DNA of 64,000 nucleotides from Alphaproteobacteria bacterium (GTDB lineage: Bacteria > Pseudomonadota > Alphaproteobacteria > GCA-2731375): the NCBI GenBank assembly GCA_965232515.1, contig CBDDPY010000002.1, positions 3,648,001 through 3,712,000 on the forward strand, given 5' to 3'. The notes below the pieces were generated by a model that made no database searches, had not been told where the DNA came from, and saw only the letters and a program-made list of their open reading frames with translations. The translations under genes and the position numbers were made by a program. Within the stretch, counting starts at the first letter, position 1. The number at the start of each line of letters is the position of its first letter. Below, in pieces: positions 18,799-29,236 of the stretch.

Positions 18799-20502
18799 CT
18801 ACCTCTCGGTATCCTCGTCAACGCCGGCCAGCACCACGGCGCCCTTGCCGGCTTGCTTCGCCCGGTACATGGCGGCGTCGGCGGCGGCGATCAGGCTGTC
18901 GACGCTGCAGTCGGCGTCGGGCGCGGCGACCGCGACGCCGATCGACACCGTCAGCGGCCGATCGTCGCTGCCGGAATGGCGTCGCAGCTTGGCGGCGTCC
19001 GCCAACAGCGCCGTCGCCTTGGTCATGGCGCCCTCGGCGCCGGTTTCCTCCAGCCAGATCGCGAACTCGTCACCGCCAATGCGGCCGGAAATGTCGCCGC
19101 GGCGCGTGCTGTCGTTGCTCATCAGCCCGGCCAGCTCGCTCAGGGCCGCGTCGCCCCGGGCATGGCCGTGCATGTCGTTGACCGCCTTGAAATTGTCGAG
19201 ATCGAGATACAGCAGCGCGCCGACCCGACCCATGCGGCGATGCTGCGCGATCCGCTGCGACACCGCCTCGACGAAGGCTCGCCGGTTCAATAGCCCGGTC
19301 AGCTCGTCGGTGCGCGACAGGTATTCCAGTCGGTCCTGCACTTCGGCCTGGGCGATGGCAATGCCGATATGGCCGGCGATATCGGCCAGCACCGACTTGT
19401 CCTCGGCCTCGTCGCGCGGGGCGTCGCCCTGCCAGACCACGCACAACCGGCCCTTCAACTCATGTTGATAGCGGCACCGCGCGATCAGCGTCCGACGCGC
19501 GCCGTGGGCAATCAGATCGACATCGGCCCCGTCGCCAGCGTCGGCGGCCGGCAACTCATCGGGCGCTGGCGCCAGCCCGGCATCGCCGAACGTGGCCGCC
19601 ACCTCGGCCGCGCCGCGGTCGCCGTCGCGAATGATCGTCACCTGGGACGCCTGCATGGCCTGCGCCGTCAGCTTCGCGGCGGCGGCGAACATGGCGTCCG
19701 GCGTCAGTTCGTTGCGGATCGAGTCGACAATCCCGCGGGTCAGCTCCTGGCGCGTCCGGGCGCGGCTCAGCTCGGCCTCGCGCTCCCGCGCATCCGTCAC
19801 GTCGCGGCAGACGCCGCGCCCACCGCACCAGTTGCCGTCGTCGTCCAGCACCGGCAGGCTCGACACCAGCACGCAGGCCGGACGCCCATCCGACCGCTTC
19901 AGCCAGACCTCGACGCCATTCTGCGGCTCGGGGCTCTCGAACGGCCAGGGTTCCGGCGGCGAGTCGGGATCGGGCGCCAGCAGACGCGCGGGATGGTCGG
20001 CCAACTCACGCGCGTCGTAGCCGAGCGCGCCCTGCGGCGAGACGAAGGCGAAATTGCGGTCGGCCCCGATCTCCCAGGCGAAATCGGCCGAGCAGGTCAC
20101 CAGATCCTTGAACAATTGCCGCGACAGCACCACGGCCTCGGTGAAATGCACGTCCAGCGTGCTGTCGCGCCCGACCGCCAGCACCGCCGCGTCGCCGCCC
20201 TCGGCGACTGGCAGAAAGGCGAGATCGAAGACCCGGCCGGCATATTCGCCGGTCAGCTTCAGGCGCTCCAGGCTCGGGCGCCGGTCGCGGATCACCCGCA
20301 GCAAGGTGTGCTTGATCGTCGGATTTGTCTCGAGCACCGAGATCACCGGCTCGATGGCCGGGTTGCAGGCCAGCACCGCGCCGTTCGCGTCGACGCAGAA
20401 CGCCGGTCCCGGATAGGCGGCCACCAGGCCCGCGGGCGAGTGATCGGCCACCCCCGTCGACGCCCCCTCGAGCAGCTGTTGCGACTGGGAAAGTGGCGGC
20501 AT
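18799..20502 (-). CDS. PAS/GAF-containing diguanylate cyclase
   Basis: DELTGLLNRR, DLDNFKAVND, I-site RRGD five residues before GGDEF, ADAAMYRAK. Confidence 0.92.
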   Translation of the reverse strand: MPPLSQSQQLLEGASTGVADHSPAGLVAAYPGPAFCVDANGAVLACNPAIEPVISVLETNPTIKHTLLRVIRDRRPSLERLKLTGEYAGRVFDLAFLPVAEGGDAAVLAVGRDSTLDVHFTEAVVLSRQLFKDLVTCSADFAWEIGADRNFAFVSPQGALGYDARELADHPARLLAPDPDSPPEPWPFESPEPQNGVEVWLKRSDGRPACVLVSSLPVLDDDGNWCGGRGVCRDVTDAREREAELSRARTRQELTRGIVDSIRNELTPDAMFAAAAKLTAQAMQASQVTIIRDGDRGAAEVAATFGDAGLAPAPDELPAADAGDGADVDLIAHGARRTLIARCRYQHELKGRLCVVWQGDAPRDEAEDKSVLADIAGHIGIAIAQAEVQDRLEYLSRTDELTGLLNRRAFVEAVSQRIAQHRRMGRVGALLYLDLDNFKAVNDMHGHARGDAALSELAGLMSNDSTRRGDISGRIGGDEFAIWLEETGAEGAMTKATALLADAAKLRRHSGSDDRPLTVSIGVAVAAPDADCSVDSLIAAADAAMYRAKQAGKGAVVLAGVDEDTER

Positions 20503-20553
20503 GTACTTGATCTGCGGCGGAATTTCGTATTTCCGGACCCTAGCCGGGGAAGC

Positions 20554-20569
20554 TTAAGGCGGCCTTAAC
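20554..20569. promoter_or_regulatory. CtrA-binding consensus TTAA-N7-TTAAC
   Basis: ttaa ggcggcc ttaac, about 50 bp upstream of the diguanylate cyclase start in otherwise GC-rich DNA. Confidence 0.65.
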
Positions 20570-20643
20570 CCGTCCCGCGTTTGATCAGGACAACCGCCGG
20601 TTTTCCCTTGCCCTCGGCGACGCCAGCCACCAGAGTCCTTCGC

Positions 20644-21324
20644 ATGCCGCAAGCCGCCTCCACCGACCCCGACAGCTTCGATCATGTCGAGGTCTGGATC
20701 TTCGATCTCGACAACACGCTTTATCCGCGCCGCTGCAATCTGTTCGATCAGATCGACCGGCGCATGGGTGAGTTCATCGCCGGCTATATGGGCGTCGACT
20801 TCGACGAGGCGCGCCGTCTGCAGAAGGATCATTTCCGCCAGCACGGCACCACGCTGCGCGGCCTGATGGTCGAACAGGATATGGACCCGCAGGCCTTCCT
20901 CGATTACGTGCACGAGATCGACCTGTCGGGCATCCCGGCGGACATCGCGCTCAACGCCGCGCTCGACCGCCTGCCCGGCCGCAAGCTGATTTTCACCAAC
21001 GGCACCCGCGAACATGCCGCCCGCGTCACCGATCGGCTCCGCATCCGGCATCATTTCGAGGACGTGTTCGATATCGTCGATTCCGACTATCTGCCGAAGC
21101 CGACCATGGATCCGTACGAGAAGATGCTGGCCCGGCACGGCATCGATCCGCTGAAGGCGATCATGTTCGAGGACATGGACCGCAACCTGGCGCCCGCCGC
21201 GGCGCTCGGCATGACCACGGTCTGGGTCTCCGACGCGCCCGACAGCCCGGCCCGCGCCGCCGACGCCGACCACGTCCACCACCACACATCAGACCTGACG
21301 ACCTGGCTGACGGCGTTGCCCTGA
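20644..21324 (+). CDS. pyrimidine 5'-nucleotidase (HAD superfamily)
   Basis: WIFDLDNTLY, IFTNG, PKP and MFEDMDRNL. Confidence 0.9.
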   Translation: MPQAASTDPDSFDHVEVWIFDLDNTLYPRRCNLFDQIDRRMGEFIAGYMGVDFDEARRLQKDHFRQHGTTLRGLMVEQDMDPQAFLDYVHEIDLSGIPADIALNAALDRLPGRKLIFTNGTREHAARVTDRLRIRHHFEDVFDIVDSDYLPKPTMDPYEKMLARHGIDPLKAIMFEDMDRNLAPAAALGMTTVWVSDAPDSPARAADADHVHHHTSDLTTWLTALP

Positions 21325-21391
21325 CGCCGGTTGACTGGCGCGGCGCTGTCACTATGGTGCGCCCGTTCGCCAACGCGTGAGAGGGGCCGCC

Positions 21392-22237
21392 ATGAGCACC
21401 GACAGTCTGCAAACCGCGATCGACGCCGCCTGGGAAGACCGCGAGAACATCGGTCCCGGCACCACGGGCGCCGTGCGCGACGCCATCGAGACGGCGCTGA
21501 CCGCGCTCGACGGCGGCGAGATGCGCGTCGCCGAGAAGCGCGACGGCGGCTGGCAGGTGAACCAGTGGCTGAAAAAGGCCGTGCTGCTGTCGTTCCGGCT
21601 CTACGACATGGCGCCCATCGACGGCGGCCCCGGCGCACGCACCACCTGGTTCGACAAGGTGCCGTCGAAGTTCGAGGGCTGGGGCGACAACCAGTTCCGC
21701 GCCGCCGGCTTCCGCGCCGTGCCGAACTGCGTGGTCCGCCGTTCGGCCTATATCGCGCCCGGCGTGGTGCTGATGCCGAGCTTCGTCAACCTCGGCGCCT
21801 ATGTCGATTCCGGCAGCATGGTCGACACCTGGGCCACGGTCGGCAGCTGCGCCCAGATCGGCAAGAACTGTCACATCTCCGGCGGCGCCGGCATCGGCGG
21901 CGTGCTGGAGCCGCTGCAGGCCAATCCCGTGGTCATCGAGGACGACTGCTTCATTGGCGCCCGCTCGGAAGTGGCCGAGGGCGTCATCGTCGAGCAGGGC
22001 GCGGTGCTGTCCATGGGCGTCTATATCGGCGCCTCGACCAAGATCGTCGACCGCGCCACCGGCGAGGTGCATTACGGCCGCGTGCCGGCCTATTCGGTCG
22101 TCGTGCCGGGCTCGCTGCCGGGCCAGCCGTTGCCCGACGGCAGCCCCGGGCCCAGCCTCTATTGCGCCGTTATCGTCAAGCAGGTCGATGCCGGCACCCG
22201 GGCCAAGACGTCGATCAACGAACTGCTGCGCGATTGA
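21392..22237 (+). CDS. dapD: tetrahydrodipicolinate N-succinyltransferase
   Basis: [26 protein letters not shown] and [10 protein letters not shown]. Confidence 0.97.
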   Translation: MSTDSLQTAIDAAWEDRENIGPGTTGAVRDAIETALTALDGGEMRVAEKRDGGWQVNQWLKKAVLLSFRLYDMAPIDGGPGARTTWFDKVPSKFEGWGDNQFRAAGFRAVPNCVVRRSAYIAPGVVLMPSFVNLGAYVDSGSMVDTWATVGSCAQIGKNCHISGGAGIGGVLEPLQANPVVIEDDCFIGARSEVAEGVIVEQGAVLSMGVYIGASTKIVDRATGEVHYGRVPAYSVVVPGSLPGQPLPDGSPGPSLYCAVIVKQVDAGTRAKTSINELLRD

Positions 22238-22314
22238 TTCAATCGGCGATAGTCGACCGGCTGGCCCTTTAAGGACAGTTGACCGGATTTCGGGCAGAAG
22301 CTAAGACCCGAAGC

Positions 22315-23472
22315 ATGGATGCAAACGCGCGGATCGATCCGCTGGATCTCGCCCGCGCGCTGATCCGTCGGCCCAGCGTGACGCCGACGGACGCCGGCGC
22401 GCTCGACGTCTTGCAAACGACGCTCGAAGGACTGGGCTTCGTCTGCCACCGGCTGGTGTTTTCCGAGCCCGGCACGGCCGACGTCGACAATCTCTATGCC
22501 CGGTTCGGCGACGGCCGGCCGAATTTCTGCTTCGCCGGCCATACCGACGTCGTGCCGGTCGGCGACGCGGCGGCCTGGCAGGTCGATCCCTTCGCCGGCG
22601 AACTGATCGACGGCGCGCTCTGGGGCCGCGGCGCCAGCGACATGAAAGCGGCCATCGCCTGCTTCGCCGCCGCCGCCGCCGGCTTCCTGACCGACCACGG
22701 CGAGGGCTTCGGCGGCGCCATCAGCCTGCTGATCACCGGCGACGAGGAAGGCCCGGCGATCAACGGCACCGAGAAGGTGCTGGCCTGGCTCGACGAACGC
22801 GGCGAGGCGATCGACCATTGCCTGGTCGGCGAGCCGACCAATCCCGGCACGCTCGGCGAGATGATCAAGAACGGCCGCCGCGGCACGCTCGGCGGTAAGC
22901 TCGTGGTGCGCGGCACCCAGGGCCATGTCGCCTACCCACACCTTGCCGACAATCCGATCCCGCGCCTGCTCGCCATGCTCGACCGGTTGCTGGCGCGCAG
23001 GTTCGACGACGGCAACGCGCATTTTCAGGCGACCAACCTCGAGATCACAACCGTCGATGTCGGCAACCCGGCCAGCAACGTGATTCCGGCCGAGGCGACG
23101 GCCGCCTTCAACATCCGTTTCAACACCAGCCAGCGCGGCGACGAGCTGTGCGACTGGCTGCGCCGCGAGTGCGCCGACGTCGGCGGCGACTATGACCTCA
23201 GCCTGCGCGTCGGCGGCGAGCCGTTCCTGACCGCGCCCGGCGACTTCACCGACATGCTGCGCCAGGCCATTGAGGCCGAGACCGGCGTCGCGCCCGAGCT
23301 CAGCACGACGGGCGGCACGTCGGACGCGCGCTTTATCAAGAACCATTGCCCGGTGGTCGAGTTCGGCATGGTCGGCCGCACCATGCACAAGGTCGACGAG
23401 CATGTCGCCGTCGCCGACATCGAAACCCTGACCAGGATCTACCGGCGCGTGCTGCAGCGCTATTTCACCTGA
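22315..23472 (+). CDS. dapE: succinyl-diaminopimelate desuccinylase
   Basis: [34 protein letters not shown] and GGTSDARF. Confidence 0.96.
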   Translation: MDANARIDPLDLARALIRRPSVTPTDAGALDVLQTTLEGLGFVCHRLVFSEPGTADVDNLYARFGDGRPNFCFAGHTDVVPVGDAAAWQVDPFAGELIDGALWGRGASDMKAAIACFAAAAAGFLTDHGEGFGGAISLLITGDEEGPAINGTEKVLAWLDERGEAIDHCLVGEPTNPGTLGEMIKNGRRGTLGGKLVVRGTQGHVAYPHLADNPIPRLLAMLDRLLARRFDDGNAHFQATNLEITTVDVGNPASNVIPAEATAAFNIRFNTSQRGDELCDWLRRECADVGGDYDLSLRVGGEPFLTAPGDFTDMLRQAIEAETGVAPELSTTGGTSDARFIKNHCPVVEFGMVGRTMHKVDEHVAVADIETLTRIYRRVLQRYFT

Positions 23473-23473
23473 C

Positions 23474-24052
23474 ATGCCGCCGCGCAGCGAGATCGAAGGA
23501 TCGCTCTACGGCGCCTGGCGCCTGGTCCTGCGGGATCCGGACAGCCTCAACTATTTCAACATATCAGCCGACGGCTTCTGGCGTTCGTTCTTCGCCGCCG
23601 CCATCGTCGCGCCCCTGTTTTTCATCAGCAGCCTGCTGTCGTTGAATCTCGTCGCCGACGACGCCGCCGCGGCGGCACCGGCATTCAGCTTCGTCGCGCT
23701 CGCGTTCAACTTCGTCGTCGCCTGGGTCGGCTACGTGGTGCTCATGTTTCCGGTCACGCGGCTGCTCAATCTCGAGTCCCGCTATGCCGCCTATGTCATC
23801 GTCTGGAACTGGACCGCCGTCCTGCAGGTCGCGTTGCTGTTCGCGGCCGCGCTGTTGCGGGGCTCGGGACTGTTTTCGGGCGGTGTCGGCGACGCGGCGC
23901 TGATCGCCGCCGTGCTGACCTCGCTCTACATCGCCTATCTGGTCGCGCGCGCCGCGCTCGGCTGCGATATCCCGGTCGCGATCGGCCTGGTGATCTTCGA
24001 GAACCTGCTTCACCTGGCCATCGACCGCACCGGAAACGCGCTATTCGGCTAG
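23474..24052 (+). CDS. hypothetical membrane protein
   Basis: Multiple TM segments, [12 protein letters not shown]; starts 1 bp after dapE. Confidence 0.8.
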   Translation: MPPRSEIEGSLYGAWRLVLRDPDSLNYFNISADGFWRSFFAAAIVAPLFFISSLLSLNLVADDAAAAAPAFSFVALAFNFVVAWVGYVVLMFPVTRLLNLESRYAAYVIVWNWTAVLQVALLFAAALLRGSGLFSGGVGDAALIAAVLTSLYIAYLVARAALGCDIPVAIGLVIFENLLHLAIDRTGNALFG

Positions 24053-24820
24053 CTCTTTGAGTTCGGCGGAATCGGCGTCGCCAGGATAGAACACGGCGTC
24101 GAGATAAAGCCCGTCCGGCGGCGCCACGGGGCCGCACCGCGCGCGGTCGCGGGCCGCCAGCGCCGCCGCGATCTCGCCTTCGGCCCAGCGGCCCTCGCCG
24201 ACCTTCTTCAAACTACCGACCATGGACCGGACCTGGTTGTGCAGGAACGACCGGGCCAGCGCCGTGATCCGCACCTCCTGGCCGTCCCGACTGACGTCAA
24301 GCGCGGTCAACGTCTTCAGCGGCGACTTCGCCTGACATTGCACCGAACGGAAGGTCGTAAAGTCGTGCCGGCCGACCAGCGCCTGCGCCGCGCGGTGCAT
24401 GGCGTCGGCGTCGAGCGGCGGCACCACGTGCCAGGCCCGGCCGCGCAGATAGGTCAGCGGCGCCCGCCGGTTGACGATGCGGTAGACATAACGCCGGCCG
24501 ATGGCGCTGAACCGGGCATGGAAGTCGTCGTCGACCTCGACCGCGGACAGCACGGCCACTGGCCGCGGCTTCAGGTGGAAGTTGGCGGCGTCCCGCACGT
24601 TGTCGGCCGGCATCGCCTTCGCCAGATCGACATGCACGGTCTGCGCCGCGGCATGCACGCCGGCATCCGTGCGGCCCGCCGCGAAAACCGCCGCCTCGTG
24701 CCCGCAGAAGGCGCCGATCGCGGCTTCCAGGGCGGCCTGTACCGACGGCCCGTTGTCCTGTCGCTGCCAGCCGACGAAGTCCCGGCCGTCATATTCGACC
24801 GTCAGTCGGTAGCGTGGCAT
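24041..24820 (-). CDS. truA: tRNA pseudouridine(38-40) synthase
   Basis: [23 protein letters not shown] and [12 protein letters not shown]. Confidence 0.97.
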   Translation of the reverse strand: MPRYRLTVEYDGRDFVGWQRQDNGPSVQAALEAAIGAFCGHEAAVFAAGRTDAGVHAAAQTVHVDLAKAMPADNVRDAANFHLKPRPVAVLSAVEVDDDFHARFSAIGRRYVYRIVNRRAPLTYLRGRAWHVVPPLDADAMHRAAQALVGRHDFTTFRSVQCQAKSPLKTLTALDVSRDGQEVRITALARSFLHNQVRSMVGSLKKVGEGRWAEGEIAAALAARDRARCGPVAPPDGLYLDAVFYPGDADSAELKELAE

Positions 24821-24840
24821 GGCTCCCCCGGAGACCGTCG

Positions 24841-25767
24841 TCAGCCCAGCCGCGTGCCGGCCGGGATCGGGAAGCCCCGCAACAGCGCGTCGGCCGCCAT
24901 CGGCGCCTTGCCGGCCCGCTGCAGCTCCAGCAGCCTGAGCGCGCCGTCGCCGCAGGCCACCGTCAGGCGATCGTCCATCGCCGTGCCCGGCGTCCCCGAA
25001 ACGTCGGCCACCGGTTCGGCCAGCAGCACCTTGATGCGGGCGCCGTCATGTTCGAACCAGGCGCCGGGAAACGGCGACAGGCCGCGGATCTGGCAATCGA
25101 GCGCGGCCGCCGGCCGCGACCAGTCGATGCGCGCCTCCGACTTGTCGATCTTGTCCGCGTACGTCACGCCCCTCTCGGCCTGCGGCCGGGACGTCAGCCG
25201 GCCGTCTGCCAGTCCCGCCAACGCCTCGACCATCAGCGGCGCGCCGAGGCGCGCCAACGCGTCGTGGAGATCGCCGGCCGTGGTCTGCGGCCCGATCGAC
25301 ACCCGTTCCTCAAGCAGTATCGGTCCGGTATCGAGTCCCGCCTCCATCTGCATCACGGCAATGCCGGTTTCGCCGTCGCCGGCCATGATCGCGCGCTGGA
25401 TCGGCGCCGCCCCACGCCAGCGCGGCAGCAGCGACGCATGCAGGTTGAGGCAGCCGAGCCGCGGCGCCGCCAGGACCGGCGGCGGCAGGATCAGGCCATA
25501 GGCGACGACGACGGCGGCATCCAGTCCCAGATCGGCGAACGCCGCCTGCGCCTCGGCATCCTTCAGATGGACGGGTGTCCTGACGTCGATGCCGCGAGCT
25601 TCTGCGACCCGCTGGACCGGCGACGGTCGTGGCTGCTTGCCCCGGCCGGCCGCGCGCGGCGGCTGGGAATAGACGGCGGCGATGTCGTAGCCGGCCTCGA
25701 TCAGCGCCGTCAGCGTCGGCACCGCGAAGTCCGGCGTTCCCATGAAGGCGAGCCGAAGGCGGCTCAT
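24841..25767 (-). CDS. fmt: methionyl-tRNA formyltransferase
   Basis: FMGTPDFA and [20 protein letters not shown]. Confidence 0.97.
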   Translation of the reverse strand: MSRLRLAFMGTPDFAVPTLTALIEAGYDIAAVYSQPPRAAGRGKQPRPSPVQRVAEARGIDVRTPVHLKDAEAQAAFADLGLDAAVVVAYGLILPPPVLAAPRLGCLNLHASLLPRWRGAAPIQRAIMAGDGETGIAVMQMEAGLDTGPILLEERVSIGPQTTAGDLHDALARLGAPLMVEALAGLADGRLTSRPQAERGVTYADKIDKSEARIDWSRPAAALDCQIRGLSPFPGAWFEHDGARIKVLLAEPVADVSGTPGTAMDDRLTVACGDGALRLLELQRAGKAPMAADALLRGFPIPAGTRLG

Positions 25768-25773
25768 ATCGCG

Positions 25774-26292
25774 CTAGGCGGACGCTTTTTGCCGGCGGGC
25801 CTTCACCAGCTTGCGGAGGATCATGCTGCGCTTTATGGCCGAGAGATGATCGACGAACAGAATGCCGTCGAGATGGTCCATCTCGTGCTGAATGCAGCGC
25901 GACAGCAGGCCGGTGGCGTCCAGTGACTGCGGCCTGCCGTCCCGGTCCAGGAATTCGACCGTGATCCCTTCCGGCCGTTCGATCTCTGCGTAGTGCTCCG
26001 GCAGCGACAGGCAGCCTTCGTTGTAGAGCGCCATGTCGTCGGAGAACCGCACGATCTGCGGATTGACCAGGAACAGCGGCTCGCGTGGTTTGTCGTCGGG
26101 CGCGACGTCGGTCACGATCACGCGTTTCGTCACGCCGACCTGGATCGCCGACAGCCCGATACCCGGCGCCGCGTACATCGACTCCAGCATGTCGTCCATC
26201 AGCTTCCGGACGTGGTCGTCCACGGTCCCGACGGCCTCGGACAGCACCTTCAAGCGCGGGTCGGGCGCGGTAATGATCGGCATCAACGCCAT
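25774..26292 (-). CDS. def: peptide deformylase
   Basis: GIGLSAIQ, EGCLS and QHEMDHLDG; start MALMPII at 26292. Confidence 0.97.
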   Translation of the reverse strand: MALMPIITAPDPRLKVLSEAVGTVDDHVRKLMDDMLESMYAAPGIGLSAIQVGVTKRVIVTDVAPDDKPREPLFLVNPQIVRFSDDMALYNEGCLSLPEHYAEIERPEGITVEFLDRDGRPQSLDATGLLSRCIQHEMDHLDGILFVDHLSAIKRSMILRKLVKARRQKASA

Positions 26293-26441
26293 GATTCGCT
26301 GGCCACCCTGAAAACTCCTTGCCATGCAGTACCTAGTATCTGCCTGGAAAACCGTCAAGTTCGCGGGAAAACCGGCAATTTCCGGCACGGCGTGCTAGGC
26401 TTGTTCCGGTTTTGATCCACAGATTCGAGGCCTGCCGTTCG

Positions 26442-27599
26442 ATGGAGCCCACTCTGCTGATCATCGGCGTCGTCGCGGCGCTGCTCGTGGCCGCCGCGGC
26501 CGTCGCCGCCGTGCTGATCGTCGGCCGACAGGACCGGCGGGCCCGGCAGGACGCCGAAGCCCGCATCGCCCAGCTCGGCGACGCCGCCGCCGCCCTCGCC
26601 GCCGCGCAGCAGGAGATCGGCGGCCGGCTGTCGCAGATGGCCGAGCAGAACGCGGCCGAACGCGCCGAGCTGACGCGCAGCCTGCAGGAACGCCTCGACG
26701 GCGTCAGTAAGCGCATGGGCGACAGCCTCGAGCAATCCTCATCGAAAACGGCGGCCAGCCTCGGCGAGCTGCGCAAGCATCTGGACGTCATCGACCACGC
26801 CCAGAAGAACATCGCCGAGCTCACCGGCCAGGTCATCGGCCTGCAGGACATCCTCGACAACAAGCAGGCCCGCGGCGCCTTCGGCGAGGTGCAGTTGCAG
26901 GATCTGGTGGGCGCCATCCTGCCGCCGTCGGCCTACGCCTTCCAGGCCCAGCTCGAGAACGGCCGGCGGGTCGACTGCCTGGTGCGCCTGCCGCAGCCGC
27001 CGGGGCCGATCGGCATCGATTCCAAGTTTCCGCTGGAGAGCTATCACGCGCTGCGCGCGGCCCAGGACGAGACGTCCGAAAAGCGGGCGCAGCGCGACTT
27101 CCGGACCGCGATCCAGAAGCACATCACCGATATCCGCGAGCGTTACATCGTCGCCGGCGAGACGGCGGATTCGGCGCTCATGTTCCTGCCCTCGGAGGCG
27201 GTCTACGCCGAGCTGCACGCGAACTTCGCCGATCTGGTCGAGCTGTCCTACCGCGCCCGAGTCTGGATCGTCTCGCCGACGACGCTGATGGCGACACTCA
27301 ACACGGTGCGCGCGGTGCTGAAAGACGCCCGCATGCGCGAGGCCGCCGGCGTTATCCAGACCCAGGTCCAGCTCCTGCTCGATGATGTGCGCCGGCTCGA
27401 CGACCGGGTCGACAATTTGAAGCGGCACCATGCCCAGGCCGAGAAGGATCTGAAGGACATCGGCATCTCCTCGACCAAGATCATCAACCGGGCGGAAAAG
27501 ATCGAGGACCTGCAGCTCGACGACGACACCGACGCCGCCGAAGCCGTCGAGGATGCCCTCGCGGCCCCCCGCCCCGCCACCGCCCTGTCCGGCGGCTGA
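26442..27599 (+). CDS. rmuC: DNA recombination protein RmuC
   Basis: N-terminal TM, RGAFGEVQL, IDSKFPLE, MFLPSEAVY and VSPTTLMA. Confidence 0.93.
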   Translation: MEPTLLIIGVVAALLVAAAAVAAVLIVGRQDRRARQDAEARIAQLGDAAAALAAAQQEIGGRLSQMAEQNAAERAELTRSLQERLDGVSKRMGDSLEQSSSKTAASLGELRKHLDVIDHAQKNIAELTGQVIGLQDILDNKQARGAFGEVQLQDLVGAILPPSAYAFQAQLENGRRVDCLVRLPQPPGPIGIDSKFPLESYHALRAAQDETSEKRAQRDFRTAIQKHITDIRERYIVAGETADSALMFLPSEAVYAELHANFADLVELSYRARVWIVSPTTLMATLNTVRAVLKDARMREAAGVIQTQVQLLLDDVRRLDDRVDNLKRHHAQAEKDLKDIGISSTKIINRAEKIEDLQLDDDTDAAEAVEDALAAPRPATALSGG

Positions 27600-27682
27600 T
27601 GCCTCTGCGGTGAAGAATCAGAGCGGTTCCGCGAGCGCCGCGGCGCAGACGGACTACGCCCACCTGAAAACGCCTCACCATT

Positions 27683-27771
27683 CTGGATTGCCGGGTCAAG
27701 CCCGGCAATGACGGATTTGCGAGTTTTTTCAACGTGTTGATGTCATCACCGGGCTTGACCCGGTGATCCAG
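27683..27771. repeat. CGTC-type REP doublet 2
   Basis: ctggattgccgggtcaagcccggcaatgacg ... tgtcatcaccgggcttgacccggtgatccag. Confidence 0.9.
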
Positions 27772-27923
27772 GGCGGGCGCGCCAACGGCTCTGATCACAT
27801 TTCGTTTTATATATCATTTCGATATATTGATTAACGCGATATGTGAGTCATATCTAGTTAGCCAAGGCCGCGGTCTGGCCTGGCGGCACGGGCGGCGGAT
27901 ACGCCCGATTTGGAGATGATGAG

Positions 27924-28145
27924 ATGAGTAGCAACGACCCGAAAGCCTTCGCCCTTTGGTTCGGTCTTTGGCTCTTGGGCTTGGTCGTTCTGGGCCTGGT
28001 TTCACTGGTCGGCAGCAGCGCCGCCGACGAGATGAACGACGCCGGCCGCGTTTATGTGACGACGGGACTGTCCTCGGTCGAACAGACGATCGACGGCGGC
28101 CTGACCGTTTATTCGCGCGCCATTCGGCCGGTAATCGGCTGCTGA
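27924..28145 (+). CDS. small membrane-anchored hypothetical protein
   Basis: 73 aa with one TM helix; ggag RBS and AT-rich upstream region. Confidence 0.55.
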   Translation: MSSNDPKAFALWFGLWLLGLVVLGLVSLVGSSAADEMNDAGRVYVTTGLSSVEQTIDGGLTVYSRAIRPVIGC

Positions 28146-28155
28146 GCCGGCCGCG

Positions 28156-28749
28156 TCAGAGCGACTTGCGCGCCTTCAGCGCGGCGGCCAGCGTACCGTC
28201 GTCGAGATAATCGAGCTCGCCGCCCACGGGCACGCCGTGGGCCAGTCCCGACACCTTCACATCGCAACCGGCCAGACGTTCGGTGATGTAATGCGCCGTC
28301 GTCTGGCCGTCGACCGTGGCGTTGGTGGCCAGGATCACCTCGTGCACCTCGGGCGCGGCCGCGCGCTCCAGCAGGCCGGCGATGTTGAGGTCCTCCGGCC
28401 CGACGCCGTCTAGCGCCGACAGCGTGCCGCCCAGCACGTGATAGCGGCCGCGGAACACCGCCGCCCGCTCCAGCGCCCAGAGGTCGGCCACGTCCTCGAC
28501 CACGCAGATCGCCGCCGCCTCGCGGCGCGGATCGCGGCAGATGCTGCAGGGATCGCTGGCGTCGAGGTTGCCGCAGGTTGCGCAAGCGCGCACGTTCTCG
28601 GCCGCCGCCCGCAGGCTCTCGGCCAGCGGCGCCAGCAGCGTATCCTTGCGTTTGATCAGGTGCAGCGCCGCCCGCCGCGCCGACCGCGGCCCCAGCCCCG
28701 GCAGCTTGGCGAGCAACTGGATCAGCCGCTCGATCTCCGGTCCCATCAT
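28156..28749 (-). CDS. recR: recombination mediator RecR
   Basis: [12 protein letters not shown]4 zinc finger, YHVLGG and GGELDYLD. Confidence 0.97.
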   Translation of the reverse strand: MMGPEIERLIQLLAKLPGLGPRSARRAALHLIKRKDTLLAPLAESLRAAAENVRACATCGNLDASDPCSICRDPRREAAAICVVEDVADLWALERAAVFRGRYHVLGGTLSALDGVGPEDLNIAGLLERAAAPEVHEVILATNATVDGQTTAHYITERLAGCDVKVSGLAHGVPVGGELDYLDDGTLAAALKARKSL

Positions 28750-28778
28750 GACGCGATATCGGTGCCCTGGTCCCTATC

Positions 28779-28859
28779 CGTCATACCCGGACTTGATGCG
28801 GGCATCCATGCGGCATCTCAAAAAGCACCTGGATTGCCGGGCCAAGACCGGCATTGACG
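28779..28859. repeat. CGTC-type REP doublet 3 (degenerate, opposite arrangement)
   Basis: cgtcatacccggacttgatgcgggcatcca ... ctggattgccgggccaagaccggcattgacg. Confidence 0.8.
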
Positions 28860-28873
28860 GATGGTTGAGCCGT

Positions 28874-28897
28874 GAAAATGGGGACGGTCCCCGTTTC
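28874..28897. repeat. short GGGGAC-N-GTCCCC palindrome
   Basis: gaaaatggggacggtccccgtttc; shares GGGGACGGT with the IR at 60592-60616. Confidence 0.55.
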
Positions 28898-28912
28898 GGT
28901 GGGCATAGAGCG

Positions 28913-29236
28913 CTAGAACGGCAGCTTCATGCCCGGCGGCAGCTGCAGGCCGCCGGTCAGCTTCTGCATTTCCTCGGCCGTACGCTCCTCGACCCGGCGC
29001 TTGGCGTCGTTGTGGGCGGCGACCAGCAGGTCTTCCATCACCTCGGCCTCTTCCGGCTTGCACAATGACGGATCGAGCTTGATGCTCCGCATCTCGCCCT
29101 TGCCGTTCAGCGTTACCTGGACCATGCCGCCGGCGGCGCTGCCGACGATCTCGATATTCTCGAGCTGCGCCTGCATTTCGGCCATCTTGGTCTGGAATTC
29201 CTGCGCCTGCTTCAGCATCTGGCCCAGATTCTTCAT
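28913..29236 (-). CDS. ybaB: YbaB/EbfC family nucleoid-associated protein
   Basis: [20 protein letters not shown] and [11 protein letters not shown]; lies between dnaX and recR. Confidence 0.95.
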   Translation of the reverse strand: MKNLGQMLKQAQEFQTKMAEMQAQLENIEIVGSAAGGMVQVTLNGKGEMRSIKLDPSLCKPEEAEVMEDLLVAAHNDAKRRVEERTAEEMQKLTGGLQLPPGMKLPF

